From assembly GCA_904063045.1 (NCBI GenBank), contig CAJFCJ010000042.1, positions 62,001 to 126,000 on the forward strand: a stretch of DNA of 64,000 nucleotides. The letters run 5' to 3'. This document shows positions 12,150-25,319 of this stretch, piece by piece. Origin of the DNA: Dimorphilus gyrociliatus. Its lineage: Eukaryota > Animalia > Annelida. Below the pieces are notes generated by a model. The model saw nothing but the letters and a program-made list of their open reading frames with translations. It ran no database searches and was not told where the DNA came from. The translations under genes and the position numbers were made by a program. Every line of letters begins with the position of its first letter. Positions within the stretch are counted from its first letter, which is position 1.

Positions 12150-12900
12150 GGATTTTGAAATGATTGTAATGATTACAAATGATTTTTTTCCAATTCTGAC
12201 ACTAGTACTCACATTGATAAAGGGTATTCCATTTAATTTTCTTTCTGCAATTACAATTTTGAAAAGTAAATTAAGTCAGGTGACTGTTTTCAACAATTCT
12301 TCAAACAGCCTCGCTTCAAACTAATGAAACTCTCAATCCTAATGCATATTTATGGGTTTCTTGTAGAATTTAACTTAAATTTAATTTATTTCTAACATTT
12401 AGTTTTGGACAGATATCATCATTAACTCTTATCGCTGTTACATTTGATCATTTCATATGTATTGCTTTTCCAACTAGAGCAAAACTTTGGTCAACCAAAA
12501 AAGTCTGTAATATAGTGATGTCAATCATATGCATCTATGCTGTAGGTATTGATATTCCTGTATTCTTTATTAGAAAGGGTGCTGTAAGAGGATGTCCATT
12601 TCACATTGTTTGTCTTACAAACAACGATTTTCTGTTTGTTGATGAACTGCAATTGGTTGTAAATATTATGTATAGTATTTTTCCATGTATTGCAATGATA
12701 TTATTGAATATTTTAATTATTGTAAAGCTAAGAGGGCATATTCACAAAATGACAAATTTTGGAGGGGAAAAATGGGTTAATGAATTGAAATCATCAACAA
12801 TAAAGTTAGTTATTCTAACACTTTCATTGTCAACATTTTTTATTGTAACAACTATGCCAATGGTTGTAAAAAATTTGATGAGTTTCACCAAAATTATTGA
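12150..12900 (+). pseudogene. Class A (peptide-receptor-like) GPCR relic, TM1-TM6
   Basis: GIPFNFLSAITIL (TM1), LIAVTFDHFICIAFP (DRY-like), SIFPCIAMILLNILII (TM5), LSTFFIVTTMP (TM6). TM2 and TM7 not seen. Confidence 0.7.
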
Positions 12901-13019
12901 ATTATTAAAGATTCTTACCTGTTCAAGATATCATCCAAAAGAAAAGCCAAACAACTCTGAAACAAAACAAACACAACTGTCTGTAATTAAGAAATAGACC
13001 CTGTGCATAAATTATAAAT

Positions 13020-13725
13020 GGGTCAGGGAAAACTTGTACCTGGGAAAAGTCGTCCCTTTTTTGGGAAAACTCGTCCTCTTTTCAGGAAAACTTGTCCCTT
13101 TTTTTGGAAAAACTCGTCCTCTTTTTGCAAGAGCAATTTTTATCATTTTTGAAAGAAATAGAAAACAATTTGTATAATATATTAACTCTAAAATGAGTAA
13201 CTTTTTTTTAGTTATAATAGTTAGTAAATTAAAGCTCTGCTTTTGGGAAAACTGGTAAATATCAAACTCTGTATTACCAGGTGTATTTTGTGACAAAGAA
13301 AGTAGTCCTACTTCATGTTTACATAATTTGAAAGTGTAAAGGTAAAATTTAATATTTTTATATTTGCCTAGCCTTTTACAAACAAAATATTGTGAGTATG
13401 CTTTTAATGTTAAAAAATGATTTATAGGGTGTTCCATTTTTTTTCCTGTGAAATCTAAAATTCAAAGATGGCCTCACTTTGTCCAAATTGTGACAATCAA
13501 CTTTATGACAGACAAAAGAAGATAAAATGTAATGAATACCATCAGTGTGTTTGTGCTCTTAATAAATTCTTTTTTGGCAATCCCAGCTTTACTTCATCAT
13601 GTAGTAGTGTACTACTAACATTTTGCTGTAGTTTAAAAGAATTTTTTTATTGTTTGAGCAGAAATACTAATCCTAACCTTCCCAAAAAGGGACGACTTTT
13701 CCCAGGAACGAGTTTTCTCTGACCC
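13020..13725 (+). mobile_element. 706-bp non-autonomous MULE derivative
   Basis: TIRs begin GGGTCAG(G/A)GAAAACT and carry GGGAAAA(C/G)TCGTCC repeats. A PHD first exon is retained at 13468 (MASLCPNCDNQLYDRQKKIKC). No TSD found. Confidence 0.8.
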
Positions 13726-13799
13726 GTCCTATATTGCCACCTATTTGTTGTTGAATTGTTCATCAGATGTACTATCTATCTCCTCTTTCTTTTCCTAGA

Positions 13800-14700
13800 T
13801 TCACTCCAATCTCTGTAAAAGATCATGTCATTTCATTAAGGTTTGTAATTGTTATTATATTTTACAAAAATCTCATCAGTTTCACCTGGTTGTTTTTTGT
13901 AGTATCATATAATTGAAAATTAGTTTTTAAAGGTCAAAAGACAAAAATCTTGAATTAATATTTCTGAATTAACATTGTCAACTTACTTTTCCTATATTGA
14001 AATTTTTCACGTGATCTATATTAAGCAAAATTGAATTATCATTAATTATGCAAATCTCTTCACAGATTTGCTTAATGCAGATAAAATATTGGAAATTATT
14101 AAAAAATTTAAAATTCGTATCTAGATTTCCAAATTTTTTCCTATTTGCTGTTCTTTTAATTTATTCAATTGTAGGTAAACTTTTGATTGAATTGTAAAAT
14201 TCTTTTGCAGTATCTTTGGCTGAGTGTTTTCCAGACTTTTAATTTCTGTCCAAGGTAAGATTCTTTAAATAAAGTCTTGCCTTTGTGCTTTGTTTCAAAT
14301 TCTTTCTCGAATTAGAACGATTGTGATCATTTTTCATTATAAATTTTAAACCTTTTTGAATAATATAAACTGAACAAGTCTGTTTTTTAAATCTTTGTGA
14401 AAACCTCGAAATGTCAGAGCTTTTTGTTTTTAATGAGAAGAAAAAATTGTTATGCTATAAAATATCTTTTCCTCTTTCACTTACATTCTAAACAATTTGA
14501 AAATCATTTTCATTTACTCCCTGAAAACTTATTTCTTTGTCTGTATCAAATGAAATTTCATTATTTATATCAACTTTTTATTCTTGATCAGAGTTATTTA
14601 AATTATTATTTTATTCTTGAGATGTGTCTGCTCTACAGTTTTCAAAATCAAAGGATAGTCTAAACATGAAAAAAACTAAATTTTAATAATTTGTTACCAG
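13800..14700 (-). pseudogene. Degenerate MULE transposase relic
   Basis: SQRFKKQTCSVYIIQKGLKFIMKNDHN (FLYWCH end) and SLPTIE*IKRTANR are homologous to MULE-B and MULE-C segments. Confidence 0.6.
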
Positions 14701-15346
14701 ATATTTACTTGTTGACTTTTTAATCTAATAAGAACTTTGTCAAATGAAGTTTGTGAGAACAATAAGAAGAAATTGTAAGATAAACAATAGATTTGAAAGA
14801 GACTAATATTTTTGTCTAAATAATTGTTATTTTTTATTCATCATAATATGGAAAATAACTTGATTCATATATTTTGCTACTTTTAATTTCACAGAAAATA
14901 AAGTGGTAAAACATTACTCTGAAATAAAAACGGGTAAACAGAATTTCTTTTATTATCACTAAGGGTTAGGACTATTCAAAATGGCTAGGCAAATCCAAGA
15001 GCTGGATTAGGATTAGGATAAAAGCATAGTTTGGTAGACATTTCCAGGACATCCACTCAACGCAAATGGGCTAGGGCAGCTTTAGTGTGTGAACTTAAAA
15101 GACAGTGCCCAAACTGATGCTGTTCAAAAATTTTCAGTGTTAAAAATCAAAGATTGTAATGATATTTTTCTTTTATGTTGGGATAAATGTTGACTTTTTT
15201 AAACCTCCCCAAGAAGTGCTATACATTTCCAAGGCATTATAACTATATCTGGATTAGGGTATAATTGTTCTTTAGGTCAAGCAATTCATATTTTAGTCAG
15301 AGTTCAAGATTCAGGTTGTTGAGTTCAAGCCTATCTTGATTTTCCA

Positions 15347-16525
15347 TCAATGTTTCATTATTTCTTGTATTTCACAAATGTCAATTCTGCCATTTTCAAA
15401 TTTATTACTTATATAAATAGAAATTTCTGATAAAGAATCTCCACATGTAAAAGTTGATTTTTCAATTTCTGTACATGTTATCAATCTGCCATCTTCCGCT
15501 TTAAAATATGAAATTACATTCATATTTTCATCATTTTCCATTTTAAAGTAGATTTTAAACTTATTTGAATATGAAATTTGAAGTGGAACGCTCGGTGATT
15601 CGAAATTGATGCAGGAACTTGTATCATTATCATGTAAAATTAATAAATCTTTGTTGCATCCTTTTGTTGTTGATGATAAAATGATTGAAGGAGAGATGCA
15701 TTTAAGTAGGCCAATATAATGTTTTATCCATTCATTACTGTCATCTATATCGCCGTATTCAGTTTGAACTAATGGTAATCTATTTGAGGAAACAGAAATT
15801 TGACCTGATAGTTTGTATTTTTGATCATAATTTTTGCTACCAGTATCAATGCAATTCAAATTTGTCATTTTCGCATCTAGACACACCTTTGATATTAAAC
15901 AATTGCAGATACCATCATTGAAGTTATTCAAGGTAAAATTTGTCTTATCAAAGAATCTAAAATTCAAGAGATGCGCTTGAGATTTTTCAACTAAAAGTGA
16001 CATGTATTGAGAACAGAGCCCGGAAACCTGTTTAATTGCCTGTAGTTCTTAATCAGTTAGATTATTGTAGTTTATTTTAACTATGCGAAAATCATCTCCA
16101 AAAGATTTTAATATTTTATTCTGTTCAGCGTCATTGCCAATTTCAGTAACATAGCCATATTTGTTGAAATAACAATAAATATTGAAAATTCTCCCTTTAA
16201 TTATTGGTTGAATTTTATAAGTTGAATTAACAAAATTTCTATTTAAAAGAGCCTGTTTACAATTACGATAGACTGGTTCGAATTGAGAACATTTAAAGAA
16301 CACAACCAAATAGAAAAGAGCAAAAACTAAATGGTTTTTATTTAAGACACTTGTCATTTTTTCTATCAATTGAAACAAAGCAAAAAGGTAACAGTTTTTT
16401 GGAAACTGTTCAAAATTGTTCCAACTTGTTTTACTTATAAAGTGAGTTGACTCATTCAAACAATGGAAAAAGATTTTAATTAATCTTTTATGTTCAAGTA
16501 AATAATCTATTGTGAACATTAACAT
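15347..16525 (-). pseudogene. Secreted protein with Caspr/neurexin-IV-type fibrinogen-like domain; one in-frame stop
   Basis: Signal-like LVFALFYLVVFF, then RNCKQA..YKIQP..YC, ELQAIKQVSGLCSQY, CNCLISKVC, RLPLVQTEYGD..YIGLLKC. The two ORFs are in frame and separated by TAA at 16049-16051. Confidence 0.6.
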
Positions 16526-16699
16526 TACATTGTGTATTCTTTAATTATCACTATAATTATTTGTTTATCAAGTGTAAATGCAGTTTTTTCACACAATCCA
16601 TAACAAATAGAACACCCACAGTTTTGTGATTTTATCCTAGCCCTTGACCAGAACCCTCCCCAAGTTGTAACTGTAGATTAGTTTGTCCTAGCAAATTAT

Positions 16700-19600
16700 G
16701 TACAATGGCTATGTCCATTGTTGTAGAGCTTTTGCTTTTGCTTTTAGCCATCCTTCTCTTTTGTCACTTCGAATATGAATATCAAAACATATTGGAACAT
16801 TGGATTGGTATTTCTGCTCAACCAATAAAAAAATTCTTTTAAACTACAGCAAAATGTTAGTAGTATATTACTACATGATGAAGTAAAGCTGGTATTATTG
16901 CCAAAAAAGAACTTATTAAGAGCACCAACACGCTGATGGTATTCTCTCCTATTGGAATTTTAGAAAATGAAAATGGATTGACAATTGCTCTGTGCCTCTC
17001 TAAAGCTATTACTAGAATAGAAAGAGAAGATAATATCAATGAAAATGTCATGATTACTCCAAGAGATTGGCATATGATACTCCTCCTCCAATTTGAATCA
17101 GCTTCTAGATAATTTCCACCAAAATACAAATCAGCTACAGCTAGGAAGGTAATGTAGAATGATGTCAACAAATCAGAAAATGATATTAAAAATCTATATT
17201 TCTTTGATGCTTTAACAGTGAAAGCAATTAGAAGACTAATGCTATTAGCCATAAAACCAATGGTTCCTATTGTCCAACATATTACTCTTGTTTGTTTTGA
17301 GTTTAATAATGTTGTACAAGTAAGGAATAGTTATGAACTTGGTTGACAATTTACTTGTTTTTTTCCATGATATTTCCAAGCAAAGCAACACAATTTAAAA
17401 CTATTACTAACAACTTTTGTAATCTTTTTCATTTTAATAAAAAGTATTTTGTCAGTAATGTCATCTATTGGAGAATTTTGTAAATAGATTTCAATAAGGT
17501 TACTTTGAATATGCAAAAAATTGTTTGTAGTATATTTAATAAAACAAGAATGTAAATTTAAAACTTTAAGATGACTATGTGATTGAAAATCTTGTTTTGA
17601 CATTGAATATATCTAATTATGTGATAAATCAAGGTATAAAATTCTTGAATTCTTGAATTTATGAAGAAATGTCAAATATTTTAATTTATTGTAAGATACA
17701 TTCAAATTTTGAAGTAGTCTAAAATTACTAGTATTGCTGAATTGCCCTAAATTTTCAAATGTTACATTCATTAAATGTAAAACTACTAAATTTGGCATAT
17801 TTGCCAAAAAGTTATTAATTAACTTATGTACAGAATTTCTAATATCAATAATCAATAATTTATACATGATTTCTTGTGGATTGAAATAGTAAACTCCTTT
17901 AAAATATATTTGAATAGTATTCAAACTATCTCTTAATTCTTCAATAGCTCTTTCATTTGTATTGTTGGAAAATGTTTGTTCATTTTCATTACAATAGGCC
18001 TTTAGTATAGTATCAGTTTTGCAATGTTTATTTTGAATTTCTTGCTCGGAACAAATTAGTTCATCACTGCCATAAAGACAGTCGACAATGTCATTGCAAA
18101 CATCATTCATAAGTATGTAAAGTTTTTGCCTTTTGCACTTGAAAAAAGCCTTCGGTTGATACTCTCCTGAATAAAGATTTAGTCATAACTAAACAATAGA
18201 GAGATAGATTAATGTTTGGAAACTGTTTGAAAAAATCCTAAAACTAAACAGTCACTTGGATCAACTGGCAAAAAGCCAATCAATACAAATTGATAGTTGT
18301 ATTTAAGATTTTCCCAACATTTTCCCTAGTTTTCTTCTTAAAACACTTTTTGTTTTGCTATAAGTAAATTACCACAGAATAATTCATCATCTCCTCTAAT
18401 GCAATGGTTGATACCATCACAGTACTGTTTAATTGATATACAATATCTTCTATACTGGCATAAATAATGACCAGGTTTGCATGTCTCTTTTGCACAAAAT
18501 AATAATTGATCATAAGGTGAATGAACTTTGGAAAATAATTGTCCCATAGAGTTATACTCAAGATAGCAAGAATTTCTCAATCTAAAAATATAAGCTTTAT
18601 ATTTACACCTTCCTTGTCTTGTAGTCTCATAATAACAATCAGTTTTAAAATCACATTTTTTAAAAATTGGAAAGCAATTATTATTGCATTTAAATTGATT
18701 GACTTTATTGCAATCTATAATAATTATTTCTGTTTTTTCATTAATTAAACTCTTGTAAAAATTTATCACCCGTTATACTTTCAACAATACTTTCATTGCC
18801 AAGACATATTTCATCAGATGAGTCAAAGCAGTTTTTTTCATTGTTACATATCATCAGTTCATTAATACATTGTTTGTTCCTGCAATTTCTATAAAAAAAA
18901 CATTTATTGTTAGATAAACAAAAGAATTGTTAAATCTCACATTTCATCAATTTTAAATGGCTTTTTTTCTGAAAATGTATCATCATTATTGTATTAGTTT
19001 CACTTCATTGAAATTTTTATATATTTTCTACCACAAAATTCTTCATCTGAATGATCCAAACAATCAAAGTTATAATTACAAACTAGATGAATATGTATAA
19101 TTTCTCCTGAAGTAAAACAATGAAATTGTTGATTTTCAATTATACCAGAACAATTTTGTTCATCTTCTCCAAATAGACAATCTTCTTCTCCATCACAAAC
19201 ATAGGCAACATTTATACAGATACTTTGATAACAATGAAATGTATAGTTTGGACATTTGAATGTATTTAGGTCAATCATAAAGAAATTATAATCTAAATTT
19301 CTTTGTATATTGGGTATTTTTTGACAAATTACTTCTTGATATCCAATACTTTTGCAAGTGGTTGGACTTAATTTTGTAAATTTATTATAAACAGTTTCAT
19401 AAACTAAACAATTAGCATCGTTTAGTTGTTGATTTGATAGATAATCATTGAGAAACTTCAATAAATAATCTCTTTTTAAAAACATATAATCTGTAAGATA
19501 GTCAAGGGGATAAACATTTCCAGTAACTTCAATTGTTCTATTATGAATATCAGTTTTTTTTGTAAAACTAAGAAAAAATCAGGTAAATGGAAAGTATTGA

Positions 19601-19868
19601 AAGATTTCTTTAACATACCTTCATAACTTGTTATAATTTCGTGTCTTTTAGATATCTTCTTCATAACACCATTGTAAAATCTTGTTAAAGTTAAGACATC
19701 AATTGATGAAGTGAATGTTTGAAAATCTAATAATGTATAGTTTATTTTTTTACATAGTGAATGCATATCAAATTTTAAGAATGCATCATTCATCATAAAG
19801 AATGCAAAGCAGATATTTTGAAATGATATTACATTTTTTCCAATGCAAAAGTTCTCTGTAAATATCAA
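16700..19868 (-). pseudogene. GRL101-like LDLa-LRR GPCR, multi-exon, probably defective
   Basis: Several LDLa repeats (CDGEEDCLFGEDEQNC, CDGINHCIRGDDELFC, CNDIVDCLYGSDELIC), LRRs (LQNLNVSYNKL, LKVLNLHSCFI) and 7TM (ADLYFGGNY..WRRSIICQSLG..LERHRAIVNPF). TM5-7 not recoverable. Confidence 0.8.
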
Positions 19869-20682
19869 ATTTCAAAATTTTTTTTTTAGAGTTTGGTCTT
19901 TAGTGATGAATACTCAGAGTAGTAGAACATTCAATTAGAAATAAACCACTTAAAGCTATGCGTCTAGAGTGAAGGTAAGAGTGTAAGTGCGCTTACAAAT
20001 ATTTCGAAATTGTCTATATTGTTAGACACGTATCCAGATCAACAGATTCTTGAGATGATAGTGTGCTGTTTTAAAAATACAGCAAAATAGCGAGAACTTT
20101 CTGGGTGACCCTAATATATAACATCTAAACTATGGGAGAAATATAAAAAAATGTCTATTCCGGAAGAATATTCCTGCCTTATGTAGAGCATCTACAAATA
20201 TACTGATATTTTTATTATTTATTTAATTGGATTATCGATAGGAATATTGGAAATAGAAGTCAGGATAAAATAAAACAAACACCTCTGTGTTAGAACACTT
20301 TATTGTCTTTTGTCAAAGTTAAATAGAAATACAGAATATTTTCTATCCTAATTATCAAGTCATATATTACAAATAGTTAAACTGTAGAAAGGCTGATTAC
20401 AAAATGCTAATATCCTCTTTGTCAAATGTCTTATGATAGTCTAATAAATTATGAAACTGTATATATTCTAGTAAGCAAAAGTATTCAAACAAGATAAAAA
20501 TGACTAAATGAATGAAATATCAACTTTTTTTTATCAAAAATACAGAAAATGGAAAATAATAAAACAAAGTATATTTTATTGTCACATGGCTTAGTGATTA
20601 GCAATTGGTCTATTGCTTGAATATGACTTCAAGAAATCAGTTGATAAATTGATCAACAAACATTTTTCACTGTTCAAGTAGA

Positions 20683-22550
20683 TTAATGTTCTTTTGGAAT
20701 AGCAAATATTGTAAGGGATGATTGAATTTGTTCATGGTCTAGACAACCCTTAAAAATTAGTTTCAAAATGTCATTTATCTTCAATTTTACTAAACAACCT
20801 CTAGAAACTACTTCTCCACCAAGATGTTTAGTGCTAAATTTCACTATTCTACACATTTTCATTCCATTTACTTCAATATAACCTTCTACAGAAAGAAAAC
20901 GACCAGCTGTGATTGTTGCATCAACATAATACAGTGCCTCTAAATTTGCAATGAACAGATTCCTATTTTTATCCCAAGCATTTGTTGTATCAAATTTCAC
21001 ATAGTCAAACCTAACTGTTGAAAAACTATTAAGTGAACACTGAGGCCCATCTTTTGGTTTGACTTCGACAGTCACTGCTGGTAAATCAGAATTTAATTTG
21101 AAAATTATTAAATAAGCATCCTGCTGGGATGAAGACAAAATGGTTCTATCTGCATTAAAACTGATATCTCTTTTCTTGCTCTCGACTATACACCCCCTCG
21201 ATACTTGATATTCCACTGGTGGACGAATTCTTGATCCCTTACTAGAAATATATCTACCATATGTATAATAAGGGTAGGTTAATATATACATTTTGTGTTC
21301 CTTTGCGAGTCTAGAGCCAAAATGAATAAAGTAAAGTCCATCATTTTGAGTTTTAAAAGTTCTAAAATGAACATCGATTTCAAATCCTTTCATAGTAATA
21401 ATGTTTGCAAGTGGAATCTTTTCATTGTCATAATTTGCAGAATAGTCAGTTGCAGCAAATAAATATGAATCTGTTCTATATTTGAATCCCAACCATGCTG
21501 TTTCTTTTCCAACATTAGTGCCAATAACATTAGCTGAATCAAAATCTTGTTCAATAGTAGGACTAAAAAGGCTACTTAGAGAAAATAAACCAGCTCTTGT
21601 TGACACATCCCATCCACCAGTGCCATTTGTTCTAGTTAATCCTATAGATGTTCCCGTCTTTCTCAAGGTCATTGATACCCCTGATGAACTTGCTGTTGTT
21701 GCAGTTAATAATGTGAAATATATACCGTGATCTTTTATATTCATAGAATTATCGGAAATGCTAAATAGATTATTAATATTTAAATCAACTGAGCTCCATT
21801 TAACTTTGCCCTTAGGTAACTGAACAGATCTTTCCATTGAAACCATGAAAGCTGTATACTCAAAATCACTACAGTTTGGATTCATACATGGCCTTATCTC
21901 AATTGGAACGCCTGGACAGTCATCTCCACCATTAGATGGAGGTGGATTATTACACTCTCTGATTCTAGTTTGAATTCCTTCTTCCCCACATATGGGTTCA
22001 CAATCTCCCCATGCTGACCACTCAGACCAGCTACCTGCAGTTGGACAGTTTGCTTCCTCTTCGGGCAAGCACAAACTGATAGTACACTCTCTTGAATTTA
22101 CTTTTGGTTCATAAAAGTAACCAGGTGGGCAAGTTTGAGGCCAACCAACGCCATTTTGGCAATGATAATAAATTCGACAATCAACAAGACTAGGAACTGT
22201 GATGTTTTTGTCTGGAGCACATTCATCAGTTTTTGCAAAACATGGTCTGTTATGTTTATGATTATCTGAATTGCACTGTTTATAAGAGTTTATTGTGCTT
22301 CTATTAGAATAATGAGGACAATCAGCAAATTCCAGTTCAACACAGGTATTTAATGCACAGTCAGTAACAAAAAATTTAAAGAAGAGTCCAGGTGGACAGC
22401 GTTGTTGATAGGCAGTGCCATTAATACAATGATAATATATATCACAAAATCTGCCATCTCTATATGTTCCATCAATTGGTTTAGAAGCATCATTAGTTGG
22501 ACAAATGAAGCAGGACGACACAGAAATCAAGTAATAGCAGCAGAAATCTG
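20683..22550 (-). CDS. Protein with 2 chitin-binding CBM14, TSP1 and 3 C1q-like domains
   Basis: 615-aa open frame: CDIYYHCING..CPPGLFF and CRIYYHCQNG..CPPGYFY; WSEWSAWGDC..QTRIRECNNPPPSNGGDDCPG; C1q-like VRFDYVKFDTTNAWD..LYYVDATI. The 5' exon or start is unresolved. Confidence 0.85.
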
Positions 22551-23280
22551 TAGAAAATAGGATGAAAACTTTGATATAAATTAGAATAAACTTAACTACA
22601 AATTAACTTACATAAAAAGAATGTTTTCATTTCTTTTATTATCTTTTTTTCATTGCAAGTGATAGTTTCTACTAAATATTTGTAACCTTACTTTCAAACA
22701 GTTTTATATTAGGATTTAATCAGGTTCATATGATAGAGATTGATTAGATATCTGATCATTTATACCATAAACTCTCTAAATATCAAGATTAAGTTATTTT
22801 TATAGTGTTTGAAACATATCACCTCACTTGTATATCAATAAGGTGTCCTAGATTTTCAACTCTTATTTGCTTATTTAGCAAATCTTTTTTGAAATTTTTT
22901 AATCTTCATCTTTTTAACAAATGGAATTTGTATTCAGTAAATGAGTTATAATTTCTAAGGAAACATAAAGAAAAAGTTGAAATACTTGTGACAAATATTT
23001 GCAATTAATGTTTAGAAAATATATGGATGTCTAGATTTCAATTCCTTTTTTAATTTAAAAATCTAATTTAGGCTAATTTCTGTGGGCTACAGTAAACACC
23101 CTAATGTGCAATTGTTCATTTAAGATGATGAATTATTAGCCTTCCTTTGTCAACAACAAACTCTGTGCTGTAATTTTAAAACAGCTCAACAAATATCATT
23201 GATACTTTCCAATAATTGTAGTGAATTAGTAAACTTTCACTGAGGAAAATTTCCTTTAATTCTGCAGAGCTAATACAAAT

Positions 23281-23385
23281 TTGGCGCAAGCAACTGCAAA
23301 TCATGTGAGAAGTCAGAACAGAGAAGCAATTGACTGGCTTATCCGTGAAGATCAGACCATTTCTCAGAGATCAATCGCAAACATG
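23281..23385 (+). pseudogene. Possible mariner transposase HTH fragment
   Basis: NREAIDWLIREDQTISQRSIAN resembles the mariner motif ..LI.EDRRIT.REIA. Confidence 0.35.
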
Positions 23386-24011
23386 AATATTTGGCCAAAC
23401 ACAGACCTTGGTTGGTCATACTTAAGGTTCATCTTTGAGTGCCACTTAAGATTTGGCCAAGTTGCGATTGATGAACACATAACATGACTAATTAGCTTTG
23501 TTTTGATGAGGTGTTTTGGAGGAGATAAGGTCAACAAAATACTTTTTTATATTATTTTCCACTTGATGTATTGTTAAAAATATTCAATAATTAAAATTAT
23601 TTAATAATTAAAAATTTGGTATGAATTCTTAGTAGAGTCAAGAAATTTATACAAAAAGAGAAATTCTTTTTAGTCAAGCAATAGCAGTTGTAAATAAATT
23701 TTTAACTAAGCTTAATGTTAGCTATGGATAATAAAGAGACCCAACTATACTCACAGAGTGAGAAAAACAAGATGTTAACAGTTTTTCATATTAATTTTTA
23801 TAAACTAAATTCTATAAACTTTAAAAAAAACAGTTGGCAGACTACTCAACAACAGTTGTTTCTTATTGTTTGTCTCTTTTAAATAATTCAAATATACCAT
23901 TCCCATTATTTAGATAAAAATTTGAACTTATTTAATGCAACTTCACAAATAGGCCAATATTCAATCAAGGAAATCTTTTTTCACATATTTTATGGTTTTT
24001 TTGGTTTTTTT

Positions 24012-24824
24012 GTTTTGTAAACATTTCCTTACAACTTTTACTCTCTTTGAGTGTAGAATGCCCACCAAAATATACAAAATGCTACTTTAAAGATGATAAG
24101 GCAGCATCTCCTCTATGCTATGCTTCCAAATGCTCATCTACATATGGTTTTCATGGTATGATTGGCAGCTGCTTCCCTTGTCCTGAGGGTTGTGATTTGT
24201 GTAAAAAGAGGTCTAATTCTGATATTTGCTTAAAATGTAGTAAAGGTTATGGGGAAAAACTGAGTTCAACATTAGCTGGCACACCTTCAACAATCTCTAT
24301 AACACAAGCTCCAATGTGTACCATTTCAAATTTTCCTAATTTTAGATCTGATGGTTTAGAAGTAAAATCAGGTAGTTCTTGTGGTTGTAATCAATTTCAA
24401 GATAACAATATATTTTCAAACAACAAAAGTCAATGTTTACGTTGTTCATCTGTCAAACAACACTGCGTAGTTTGTTTAGTGAGCAGTTCACTGCTCAAAA
24501 TGTCAAGCTACTTTTGGTTTAAACTCAACTGAATCTGCAACATGTGTCCAATGTGAAAGTAATTGTTTGGAATGCAAATGTACACAATGGTTATATGGTT
24601 ACACCTTAAATTCGAAAGGAAAATGTATCCAATCTCCAACTTTACCCATTTCTTGTTCAGAATGTAGGATCGACCCCGAAAACGATGAAAGGTCTATATC
24701 TTTACAGTTTGGCTGTTCAATTGGTAGATCATATATAATCTGGATTTCACATGTCAGGATTGTTCCATTAAAAATTGCCACCTTTGTATTAGAGATAGCC
24801 TCCTCAAAGACAAATGTCACCTAG
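24012..24824 (+). pseudogene. Furin-like Cys-rich repeat gene relic, copy 1
   Basis: CFPCPEGCDLC..CLKCSKGY, CLRCSSVKQHCVVC, CSEC. Frameshifted. 24012-24345 is nearly identical to 31229-31570 and 41463-41719. Confidence 0.75.
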
Positions 24825-25319
24825 GCTTCCATTCAGGGTTGATGGATCTAGTTATACTCACTCTGTCCCTATATGACTTCGACAGTTATCCCTTTCCATT
24901 TTCATATCCTTCTCTTTTTCGCAAAAGTCAAATTTGTAAATCCTCCTTTGCTATTTTATTAAGAATAAAAACTGGTAGTCAAACTAGAAATAACTGAATA
25001 CTATTTTTCACTTTTTTACAAATATTTTGATCAAATTTTTCTTAACAAATTCATTCAAACATGTTTGCAATTGTTTATCAATTGAAAGAGTCATCGTTTC
25101 CTGCTGATTGTTTCATAGATCTTTTATCGCTATAGATATAATAAAATGCTCAAAATTTAATTCCCTATATATTTCTGTTGCTGGTGAATGTTTGTTTGCA
25201 AACTTTGCTCAAGTTTGTCGCACATAGAGAGGTTGTGTTAAAATATAGATTAAGGTTTGAATGTGGTTGAAACTGGTCATAAATCTATGGTCATGTTCAA
25301 TTTCTCCATCTTCTTTTGA

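Noticed and set aside
19975-20000. GTAAG-TGCG-CTTAC hairpin in a CG-containing stretch upstream of the GRL101-like gene
   Set aside because: A 5-bp stem is expected by chance. It could be promoter sequence but this is unsupported.
23391-23460. Possible tRNA or tRNA-derived SINE
   Set aside because: There is no anticodon arm, canonical D loop, A box or 7-bp acceptor geometry. Kept only as a structured motif.
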